In this document: positions 11,401 through 23,400 of the stretch, piece by piece
Layout: every line of letters starts with the position of its first letter
Numbering within the stretch: the first letter of the stretch is position 1
Assembly: GCA_002633005.1 (NCBI GenBank)
Contig: NMRA01000329.1
Location: forward strand, 209,219-273,218
Origin: Phoronis australis
Taxonomy: Eukaryota; Animalia; Phoronida
Direction of reading: 5' to 3'
Length of the DNA stretch: 64,000 nucleotides
Translations under genes and position numbers: made by a program
The notes under the pieces: generated by a model
What the model was told of the DNA's origin: nothing
Seen by the model: the letters and a program-made list of their open reading frames with translations, nothing else
The model's database searches: none

Positions 11401-14400
11401 TTAAGTTGTATTGGGAATTTCAGGGTCACAGCTCTACAAATAAATATTTCACAGAAGGAACCAGATGGGTTCCTTAATTACAAGAGATAACACACACATT
11501 TCCGATACCCAAAGTACAATTGAGTATCGGATGCTAAGTGGCACAGGTTAGCAATAGTACCAAATGGGTACATAATACCAAATGGGTATTGGCCGATTGC
11601 CTACCAACTGGGTCGAGCAAAACGGCAATTTCAATAACAAGTACCAAGTGGGTACAAACTGCCAAATGGGCAAATATCATATAAAGTACCAAGTGGGTAC
11701 ACTAAACAGTCAACTGGGCTATAACAACCTGCAAAGCAGGGTTCCGGACAAGCTGAGTGAGCAGACCAGCCGGAGTGATAAAAAGAGATATTGTAAGGAA
11801 CGTGGTGTTGTGGCTCAGTATGTGCCGAGAGCTGTGACCGGGGTGGAGAGAAGCAAGCTGCAGTGATGGATGCTCGAGTACAGCCTCCCGTTCAGTAACG
11901 CTAGGACATCGCTAAAAAGCAAGACTTCGCGAGATTACGTGAGATATGGCCGTGTATTTTAAATGAGAGCATGTGACTTTGACTAGGTTTTAGCTAGGTC
12001 CTAGCGTAGGTCCTAGCGTCTACTGAACGCACGCCAGGTCGGGTCGTTAGCCAATGACGTCGGTTCTTGCCGGACGGTATCACGCTCCAGGCCTGAAGAA
12101 GGTACCAGCAGGGACTGCAAAAACAACAATAACCAACAGCAGATTTTGTTCGACAAAAGGGGGAGTGTGGGAAAGGTATCAATCGGTTGAGTGGAGATGT
12201 CGTGGTACCCAGGGTAAGGGAGGGTGGGAGGAGTATAAAATTGGCTAATTAGGAAAACTTACGAGTGAACGTACTGTTGCTTGTGGCTGGGCCAACAGGA
12301 AGCTGGAGAGAAAGAACAAACAGCGCTACCATCGGACTTGGTAGGAACTAACTAGGAGTTGGATATGAAGGATGAAGGGGTGTCTAATGTTATTTGCCCA
12401 AATAATAGGATTTAGCCTATGTCAGAGTGCCATAAATCTCATTATTTATTTTTATTTATTTATTTATTTATGTAATATTTACCATGAGGGTAGCCCCATC
12501 AGTTCACACTGCTTTCCATGGGGGCAGAATCTTTACTAAGTAAGTCTCAGAGTTCCATAAAATGCGTTTGAATTATTGCGCATCAAATTTTAACAGCACT
12601 GAACGCGTGTTTTCTGTCAAAAAAACAACTCTTTATTTCAATTAATAACCGTTATAAAATGGTTTCATTTCAACCCTCCCTCAGTCTAAAACTGACGTCT
12701 GGAATTGCAAAACTGACTGTTCGTTATTGATTCAGACCACGCTCAATAATGTTTAGGTCATAATGTGAACGCTTTTGATGTGAAACCGAAAATTTAATAT
12801 TATGGGACATTGAGTTTGTTTAGCCGATTCATTGTAACCATTTTCTCTTATGACATACATGTATGATTAGAAGAAACCGTTCAGTTTTGGAAGCGTATAT
12901 AATAAACCTAGGAAGAATTTTTTTTCGACACTAAGACATTGTTTGCAACGGTTTAAGTTTTTGTGATACATCATATCATAACTATAATTAAATAATTTTA
13001 AAGTAAGATATTTTCAACATGATGTTAAAATGGCTGTTTTCAGTGCTCTCACTCAAGACAACTAGGTAAAGAGTTCTCGGGTGTCTGAATGGGTGAAGCT
13101 TGAATTGAGTTTTCAACTAAGCTTTTGGTAGTCCCAGGAGGTGCCGCTCATTCTCCAGTCCCTATCAATACTTCCGTGAGAGTGCCATTTAGAACGTTCC
13201 ATAAATTACCAGCCGCTGAACATGGAGCATGCGCAAATTGAAGAGATAAAACAGTGTGTCTGGAACTGGTTGTTCTAGTTCTTGAAGACAGTTGTAGTCA
13301 TGGTGAGAACTAATTTCATTCCTATGCGAACACTTTCTGACCTAAAGTGGTTACTGATTATTTTGCGCATGCCCATTTTTGATTGTCGAAGGAATTTAGG
13401 AAGTCAGATATTCGCCCTAATTAATCAAGTAGTAAGAGGTTCGAAACCCACGGCCAGGTTAGGCTTAATGTAGATACGTGCACGTGCGGATAGAAACTGT
13501 TACATCAGTCAGAAGTCGACTTTGCGTTTAGTTTAAAACGTGGCTGATATATAGTATGCTTTATGATTGTGGGTTGATGAAGATCGAATGATTAAAACCA
13601 GAAATTGATTTATTATTTAATATCCACTAATTAGTGAAAGTGAAAACTGCTGTTGATCGAGTAATCTAACATGTAGATGATAGAAACACAGTGGAGAATG
13701 AAGAAATGACTAACCAAAGAATCACAATTCACGATATTACATGGTACATGCATCGATACGTGGCACCCAATGATAGACATCAGAAGCTCGTGCTTAGGGC
13801 AATGCCTTAGAAACGCGGTCTTTTGTAGGGGTAAACATGTCAAATGCAAACCACCCCATCACCACTAAACCTCAGGAACCGAGTTGGTGTCATTCTGAAG
13901 AAAAATACTTCAACTTAATAATAATGTGAGGTAATACCATGTAGTCCTCGACAACCCTCAAACGTTTGGAGCAAAATCTGACAGTCCTTAGGAAGTCTGC
14001 TAAACGGGCAAGCTCAAACTAAGCTTTAGAGGAGTAGGACAACTGTAGGGAAAGTCCACCTACCCAGAACGATAGTAGGCCTGTCCAATCTGTGACACAG
14101 AGAGTTCTTAGTTGAATCCTGCTTTTATCACTCAAGTTGCACGCCAATCATGCATTAGCAGGTGACACAAGGAGGAGTGTTCGAAATCACCGAAACAAGG
14201 ATTGATATCCTTAAGTCACAGTGATTGGGTTGCAGCTTCTTTTAAATTACATTTGAAAACATGATAAAAACACCAACCTAGTTGTCCCTTCCATGTCTGC
14301 CTTCCAGGACAGGTGCGTTTCGTGTTTTTTTTTTCTGAAATCCAAAAGTGCAATATTATGAGGGCGTACTTGACTTTCCGAATCTACATGTATGTTTAGC

Positions 14401-17400
14401 CACCAGGACCATTGAAGAAGCAAAATTAAATGTAACAAAAATGGTTTGAAGTGCCCTCAATCATATTCTTATAAATAGCATATGACGATTCGTGGGTGAT
14501 TTAGTTGCTTTTTTTCAAATGGTCAGAAATTTGAAGATATCTGCCATGTTATCAGTGATCTTGTTATGAATTTTGTAATTGTAGTTTTGACGTGCACAGT
14601 TCCAATACCAAAATTCTGTACCAGAAATACTACGGAAACATTAGTAAACGTGAACATAACAGTTCGTTTCACATGTGAGGATGGCTACGAGTTTCCTGAT
14701 AACAGCACTGCTATTAGTTCCACGTGCATTGCGCATGAAAAATGGTCGATGGATGTAAATAATTGCTCAGGTGAGTAAGTCACGTTGTACATATAGGCGC
14801 ACCTGGTAAAAATGAATATAATTATTCTGAAACGTTTTGTAACTTCCAATTGCAGTGTGAATTAGTTAGTTCTACTTTTCAGGATATAAAGTTAGTCTGA
14901 TTTTCGCGAAAGTTAAGTCACCCTTCCTGGGCGTAAACTGCAGGCTCGTAAACCTAAAGTCAAATGATTCAAATCTGAACACGAAGTGCCCACTGAATTT
15001 GCAACTCTTTCTACTTCGGCCCACACAGCCTCTCGTTTAACCTCTCTTATCCCGTCAGGGCACTCGCATTTTGCCAATTTTTATTAAAATGTGTCGATTC
15101 TGTATTTTCAACAGGATTTTCTCTTAGAGTGCTTTGATATTGTCCCGGGGCAGAATTTTATTCTCACGTTAACCAGTCGTTGACGGTTGTGGAGAAGTGA
15201 CAGTTACATCTCGATTGGCAATCATTACAAGATCGTTAAACTTTGCAGTTAGTGTTGTGAAAGTGGACATAATTAGAATCAATCGTAAACATCGGGTTGA
15301 CGTCATGCAACTTTGCATGAGTTCAGGTGTTCTATGTTCAAACAGCTTTGCAATGAATCCTCGAACACACATTTTCCAGTCGCCAAGACAGATATTGCTC
15401 CAGTTCTGAATTCAAGCATTGTGAACACGGAAAATATCACAGTCAACGAGAACATAGCTGTGAAGTTCTCATGCGATACTCACAAGTTGCCCGACTACAA
15501 CACTACGGTAATGTCTACATGCGAGGAAAGTGAAACTTGGAGGATGGGAAACGATACTTGCAAAAGTAAGTTCGAAAAGTGAGTCCAGCTGCAATAAGAG
15601 CAAAGTTTTAGAACAGCCCACAGACTGTTCACAGCGGCACTTTATTTTACAGCATCTGCTGCCTTTCCGCAAACATCCTCTCGATTGGAGCATAACAAGA
15701 CTAAATGTTACTTGGAAGTCTTGAACTTTCCAAACAGGTTAGTTTCATCAGTTCTAGTCCAACGAAATAAACGACTTCTGCACTGGAGTGACCAAAACCA
15801 AAGGCTTCAGATACGTTATTACTTTCACACATTTTGGCAAAAGCGACAGTTCCATATCCATTTCAAGGTCAAGGTCATCCTTCGTGGAATCCTTTTAGGT
15901 TTCATTCTATAACTTCAGTGTTTCAGTGTGTGGAATTTTGTATCGTGCTTGAATCAGTGTGAACGGTTTAAGTGAGTTTATCGATAATACATGAACCGAA
16001 ATGTATACGCAGTATATTTGCTTTATTCTTCACAGTTCAGAGAACATCAAACAATTCTTCTTTCAGGAAAGTAAGTAGAAGTGAAGCCGCTAAGATGCGA
16101 GAATTCATTGTTTTCCGTTGAATAAAATGTTTTTAGAATGTACTTTGGAATGCTTGGGGTTCTGTCTCGTGAAAAGTGACTTAAGACAGAAAATGGTCTA
16201 ACGATCCAATTTCACAATTTCTGAACAAAGGTTTAACTTTTAATTAATTTTATATAACAACATTTAAAACGATTGATGCAAATTATCTCGGTAACTACAA
16301 GCAATGGATTTTTTCTCAGATCCCTTGTATTTTTGCTACAAAAGAGAGTTTAAGAGACAGTCTTTATAAAAACCAGTAGATTTTTAAAAATCCGCCTTTA
16401 CTTAAAATTCAAAATAGCTTCATTTTTGTTCAAAAATCTAAATGCCACATTTTGTGCAGTCACTGACTCCTAATTTCGCCGCTGAAGCATTAGACTGGCC
16501 GCAATTGGTCATATTAGCCGTCTCGAAAATTGTATGTTTTCAGCAACGAAAATATGTAACTTACCAAATAGATTGAAAGCTGTGCTTTGGTGGCTGGAAT
16601 AACCAATGAATAATGTCCATAATTATTGAATTTATTCAAATTTGACAGCTTTGTGCAACCAGGGGAGGTAATCCAAAGACCACTTTTCCTAGGACATTTT
16701 ACATTTTAGTTGATGTTTTTGTAACCCTTGTACCACCATATTGCATCTTGTAGCTTTATGTAACTTTTTGAACATACATCTTAAGAGTTAGTTGATAATC
16801 GAGCAAAAAATAACTTTACTCTACTTTATGTTCTAATGAAGATTGATGCGCACAGTTTGCAGACAATTGAAACGAAATTTGAACAAGAACTCTGCGTTAA
16901 ATTGTTATAAAAATCTAGCATAACCTTTCTCAAATGAAAATAAAAATTTTCCAAATGTATAGCGCGACCAATATCAAAACTGAACGTACGCGGTGACCTT
17001 TCCCCAGTGAGTCAGTTCCTATTAGGTTAGAGGACATATAAAAACTGAAGTGTACATGAAATTCTCTCGTTTTCTTCCATTACCATGTTAATTTAAACAC
17101 TCTTCAGAATTTTTAAATGGAAATAAATGACTTTGAATTTTGAACTCGTAAAAATTGTTATCTCTAAAAGACAGGTCCAGGGTATCTTGTGCTTAAAGAC
17201 AAACTGAGGAACTTCATTTAGAGGGTTTTCAACAAAAAGTGCGATCAGGAAAGCTTTGTGGCTTTGGTCAGTCTTGCTGGCCATTGCCACAGGATGAGCT
17301 CCTACTAGCCAGAGCAGGTAAATTTGTGACTGAGCAGGAGCAGTTGTGGAGCTAAATCTTTATGCGATGTTCACCGAAGAGAATTTGCTTTTCACCCAAG

Positions 17401-20400
17401 AAGAAAGTGTCTGTACCCTGAGCACCTGAAATGACAAGTACGTCCAGTGGCGTAGCGAGTATCTCATTGCTGACCGTCGACACCTCAAGTGGCACCTTAC
17501 CCCTCCATCCCGGCCACCTCGGTTGGTAGCTGAATAACCCCTCCCCCACCGTTAACAGATGCCTGGTGCCCCCTTGGACAACATCTGGAGGCACTTGACC
17601 CTCACTTGCTACGCCACAGAGGGAATCTCTCGGCATGCTTGAAATCCATATCGTTACTTCTCAGTGTTGAACTTTGACTACCCAATGTCTGTCGTGAACC
17701 GAGTCACTAATAAAATTTATTGTTTTCTATGGAACTTGAATGTCTGCCTCACTGTCATAATAAATATTCGATGTTGGGATGACCGGGGGGAGGGGGGTGC
17801 AAACGCGAATTTCTGGCCGTCGGTACGCGGTGGGGACTTAACTTTCTATCAACCTGCGGGGACATTGAACGCTAAACTACAATGAGTTTTGACTGAATTA
17901 AGGATCTTTTGCACTGAGCAGAGGGTCATAGCCTCCGTGGGTGTCGTCCATTCCTATGCCAGTGAATCACAATGAAGATAGATAACGAGAGCAGGGCAGA
18001 TTCGGCTTCTATTTGCTCCACAGCCTCCATGGAAACAAACAGCGACGCTATCTATCATATAGACGAAGCAAACACGCTACCTGTAGTCATAATTTATGAA
18101 CAAAACTTTGTAATAAGCAATAATCATCAGTGTGATTTCAGGCAATGTTAATTAGTAATGCTGTCTGCTTTTCTCTGAGATACAAGCTATTTAAGTCGTG
18201 TTTTGCAATCCCTGCTGGTGGTTCAGGCAACTGTGAAGAGGCAAATAGGACCAAGTACAGTTCGTTTAATGTTTTATAAGCAAAGACTACTGGAGAGGTG
18301 AAATTTTTCATTTTAGATTATGAACAGATTAGGGATGCCTGAACAAATTACTTTAAGGTCAGTTTTTGGAAAGGTGCAATATGGCTGCTACAGAGTGCCA
18401 AGTTTAGCCTAAAGTGTCTTCAGTGAAATTTTCTTTGCCACATAAAATCAAAAATACAAATTTGAAAGTGAATTTTGAAAGTTGTGCCAGTAAATTATTC
18501 AATCATTTTCCTTTCAAACCGTATTAGCCATTTGTTACCAGCTTACTACATGTATACATGCTAGTAAAATGCATTAAAATATGTCCAATTTCGCGCCAAG
18601 TTTTGTTGCAAAATGGAGGTACATGTCATGAGAAAAGAAATAAATTATTAAAAATCGAGATTTTTCTATACATGTATCTCACCGAACTTAACCGTGTGCT
18701 AAGTCTGTGATTTTGGGTATAGACTCTGCCTATTGGTTTTTATTCGAAGTCACTGGTAATTATTCTTCTGAGATCAGTAATGTGGAACTTTACGTCAAAT
18801 TTATGACTGAACTCTTAAGTTATTTTTCATGATACCGAGCACTGGTGCGAAGTTGAACCATAACCAGTTTCGAAAACACAAACGATTTAGGTCCTGCTGT
18901 TTCAGAATTGTTGTTTTGTTTACAGAAAGTCATCGTGTAGGAATGACATGCACAGTTCCAACACCAGACTTCAGCACCGAAAACGATGAGAACTCCGAAG
19001 TCAATATGAACACGAATACAAGTTTCACTTGTGATGGTGGCTTCAAGTTTCTCGATCACAACACCACGATAATGTCAACATGCACAGGGCAAGAAACCTC
19101 TTCGACTGATGTAAACACTTGTACAAGTAAGTTACTTCACGTACATGTATGTCCCGCAGATCAACTTGGCCACTGAAATGAACGTTTACGATTAAATCAA
19201 TGTTGTGCGCATGAGTAGGGCGTTGGGGTGCATTAAAGATGTGCTTTGAATGCGTATTCGACAAACGGGCGATCTAATTAGAATTCAAACATTTCTATAA
19301 TGCTATAATGATATTGGCATTTACATTTTATTTTAATCCGACGTTACAGTCATTCTAGATCAAGGGTCGAAATTATCGATGAGGATACATTCTAGCTGAT
19401 GACAGCACTCGGAGACGCAGCACACAACAACTGTGTTTTAGGTAATTCAACATCTATACATACAGGAAAAGGCTGGAAGACAACCTGGAAAGGCAGGTGA
19501 CGACCTGGAGAGACAGTGGATTGGTTGGGTTAGCAACCCATCTAGTTGATATCTACATTCCTGCAAGTAACCAAAGAAAAATACGAAGACGACATGGCAA
19601 AGTACAAAGACTACGACATTGATAAACGATGACTGAGTATGCAGAGGATGTAAGAGGACATTTAAGAATTTCATGGTGGTAAGAATCCATCAGGAAAAGA
19701 CAAAGTGTCTCCAGCGGCAACGCTTAGGTGGTGCTACTAGTACTCCTAGTAAGACGATTGAAGATGATAGCCAGGGTAAAACCCACAGAGCGTCGATCTC
19801 CAAAGGCCATGGAGCAATGGAGGTAGCAAGTAAGTACGTTGCATCAGAGGTTGAACACTACGGCACGGCACCAGATTCAGACATGTCAAGCAGGCACGGT
19901 GTTGAAGTATTTACATCTGGCAGGGAGGAGCAGGACTCAGAGTTTGTGTTACTTTCCATGTCACAATTGCTTACAGAAACTGGTGAGGATCGGGATTAAG
20001 ACAGCATTCCGAGGCAATGAACTGAAGCACTATTTGAGATGGCAGCGAAGGAGCGGATTTCTTGGGCAAGAGGCAATGACTCGAAGTCCTGGAGTCTTCT
20101 GGATGAGGATCTTGATGGTGTTTTAGAGGCAAATGTGAAGGGGACTGCACAGAAGAAACTGATCACTATGACTGAGCTGGTCTACCACTTTGCAAAGATC
20201 GATTTGGTGTGGCGGCGAAGAGGTATAATGCAACCGCGCATGGGCCTAGCAGAAAACAGAGGGAAATTAAGGAGATCCGGGTGAAGCTGAGAGACCTTAA
20301 AAGGCAGTGGAAGAGAGCTGAGTGTGATGAAAGGAGAGGTTTAGCCCATTTAAGACAGGAGCTGAGGTGAAAAGTTTTATCTTTGTGCAAGGCAAAGCAG

Positions 20401-23400
20401 CGTAGAAAGACCAGGACCGAAAAGATCAGGAAGAGGAAGTAATCTGTGTCCAATCCATACAAGTTCACGAAAGAGCTTTTTGGGAAAGAGGTAAGTGGGA
20501 AGCTCAGATGCTCTAAGGAGGAGCTGGAGAGACATCTGGAGGAGGTTCACTGTGACACTGATTGCGAGGAACCTCTGGAACATTTGTCAGGATGAATGAA
20601 GAGGAATTTCCAAGTGTACCTTTGGAGGTTGGCGATTTTAGGTTCTGTGATGTCAGGAAGATGGTCATGAACACTAAGCCGGGGTCAGCTCCAGACCCAT
20701 CCGGGCTACCTTACATCGTGTATAAGAAGTTCCCAAAGTTATTACACCGCCTTTGGAAGCTGTAGAGAGAGATTTGGGGCGTTGCCTTGGAGATGGTGAA
20801 AGGCGGGAGGGGTGTACATTCCAAAAGGCAAAGGTGCAGTGAAAATCGGTGATTTCCGTCTTATCTCGTTATTGGATGTGGAGGGGAAAGTCTTTTTCGC
20901 TGTGCTGGCAGACAAGCTGACGACATATTTGTTGGAGAACAGTTACACCAGGCCCTCAGTGCGGAAGGGAGGCATTCCTGGCTACTCTGGTTGTTTATAA
21001 CACAACTGTGTGATCACGGAGTTAATCAAGGATGCAAAGAAATTAAAGAAAGACCTGTCGGTGATATGACTTGACATGGCTAATGCATATGAGTCGATGT
21101 CACGCAAGCTTATAGAGAAGGCGATGTGTATGTATCATTTGCCGGAAGATCTGCGTTCTCTCATCGGCAAATACTTCACAGGAGCAAGAATGAGATTCTC
21201 AGTTAATGGTTTTACAACGGAGTGGCAACCTTTACAGAATGGGATTAATTCAGTGTGCACAATTTCTATAATTCTGTTTGTGATGGCCATGAATTTTATG
21301 ATAAAGCGAGCAACCAAAGATTGGAGGGGACCTTTATTGCAGAACAAGTGTCTACCAAGTTGCCGTGCATATTTGGATGATCTCACAGTTACGGCATTGG
21401 GGGCGGACCGGTAGCAAAATCAAGGAGTTTAGTGCTGTTTCAAGGGAAGATTAACACCCATTTCGCTTTTAAGGTGGATGAAGACGTGATACCTTCGGTG
21501 TTTACACAAATCACGTCTGGGTAAAGATTATGACAGCACATTGAAGGCACATTGAAGGCCAGAGACCATGTAAAAGCGGCGCCGGAAAGTATACAGGAAA
21601 ATCAACGTAAGGTCGGTAATGGTGGATTACCTGGTCGCTTTAAGGTGTGGTGTTACCAGATTGGACTATTCCCAAAGGCCATGTGGCCTTTGACAGTGTG
21701 AGATCTACCTATTACAGCAGCGCAGAGAATGGAGCGCTGGGTCAGCCGCTGGTCGCGGAAGTGGTGAGGCATCCCCCCAAGTTTCACCAGGCTGGGCATG
21801 TACATAAATGTACATGAGGTGTTCAGCAGTAAACCTACCTACACGATCTATTGCAGAAGAGTCTAAAGTCATTAAGTGCAGCACTTTCCTGACTTTGAGG
21901 GACTCGAAAGATGAAGATATCAGTGATGTAAAGATTGGCGTTTTTTTCTGGAAGAAAGTGGAGTCCAGAGGAGGAAGTACAGTAGCATCAGAAGACAGCA
22001 AGATTCACCATAAAGATTTAGTTGGGGCAGTTTCCAGAGGACGTGAAGGCCTTGGCATGAGATCGTTTAAGAGGAAAAGACAACTAGAGGGAAAGATTGC
22101 CGTTCTAGTGTATTAGACGAAGTACGTCACCAGGAAAAGAAGAAGCGCTTTTCTCATGCTATAGGCTTGAGAAAGCAGGGCACTGGCAAAACATGGGAAG
22201 GAGTTCACAGTAAGAGCATTACAGCGAATGACCTAATTTCATGTGATCAGTATAAATTAAGATTTCTCATGCGTTCTGTCTATGGCGTACTCCCTAATCC
22301 GACAAACTTGAAGTTGTGGAGAAAGATAGAAGACGATTTTTGCGGCAGTTGTGGGGAGCGCTGCTCTTTACAGCACGTTTTGTTATCTTGAAAGTCGGTT
22401 TTGGCGGAAGGCAAAAACAATTGGAGACATGATAAGATTCTCAAGGCGATTGCTCATATTTTAGACCTAGAAAGAAGGAAGGCGGTTAGCAACAGTGACA
22501 GTCCGCTAATATCATTTTGCAGAGAAGGTGCATCTGGGAAGAGGGAAGGTGCAGGTGTATTGACTACATCGAGTGATTGGAAGACAGTTGTGGATGTAGG
22601 ACCATTGGCGGTATTCCCGAGCCATATAGTGATGAAGACACTCCGCCCTGACTTGGTGTTTTGGTCAGATGGTACAAAGTCGGTCATCATATAGTGTAGC
22701 AGAACTTAATGTACCTTGGGAATCCCGAGTGGTCCAACGAGGTGATAAGGCTTAAGTATGCAGAACTTTCCCATAATTGTTCGGTAGCTGGTTGGAAGTG
22801 CAATTGTTTTTGTATGCCAGTTGAAGTAGGATGTAGAGGTTTCAGCGGGAACAGCATATGGAGGTTGATGAAGTTCCTAGGTATCAGCACAGTGTCAAAG
22901 GAGAATTTGGTGCAGACAGTGATTCAAGTGATGACCGCGCCTTATCAACTTCGGGGACCTGGCATCCGAGATGATTCTAGATCATGGGTCGAAACTATCT
23001 ATGAGGATGCATTCTAGCTGATGACAGCACTTGGAGAAGCAGCACACAACAACTGTGTTTCAGGTAATTTTAGTCCAATGCCGGATCTTGACCCCAGAAT
23101 CATTGACTGGTGTAGAATCTTGCGATACGTTGTGCCGTGCCGATCACAGTTTCCGATGCACAGCCGTTAAACTTTCGTTACCGTTCTCCTTGTCTCAACA
23201 GTATGTAGACATTGTTTTCTTGGTTACCCCGGATGGAATCTCTGTTTATGTTCACGCCGTCTTCATTTTTTCAGTTTCTCGTTTTTTCTACAAAATGGCG
23301 CAGTCAGTCTTATTTTGACAGATTCACTTTTCTTTTCATATTGTTACAATTTTAGGTATGACTTGTCCAGCTCCAACACCAAACATCCACACCGGAGACA

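Larger units (their letters stand above)
19352..23069 (+). mobile_element. Decayed RLE-type non-LTR retrotransposon (HERO-like; ZnF-RT-CCHC-restriction-like endonuclease)
   Basis: N-terminal CRGC..IHQ..KC finger. RT motifs SAPDPSG, YIPK..FRLISLL, LDMANAY, AYLDD. CGSC..H knuckle, WRHD, and RLE motifs RPDLVFW, KYAEL, PVEVGCRGF. Many stops and frameshifts. Confidence 0.88.

Noticed and set aside
11558-11700. Spaced TACCAARTGGGTA repeats resembling a CRISPR array
   Set aside because: Short, degenerate and irregularly spaced; eukaryotic TE context with no cas genes.
2200-12960. Units 1 and 2 as uncollapsed alleles (N at 6768)
   Set aside because: They are visibly far more diverged than the 32-38 kb pair, and their boundaries do not coincide with the N.
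19366-19410. Canonical hammerhead in the 96-bp repeat
   Set aside because: GAAA precedes CTGATGA but stems I-III cannot be built in the required geometry; kept only as an unknown structure.
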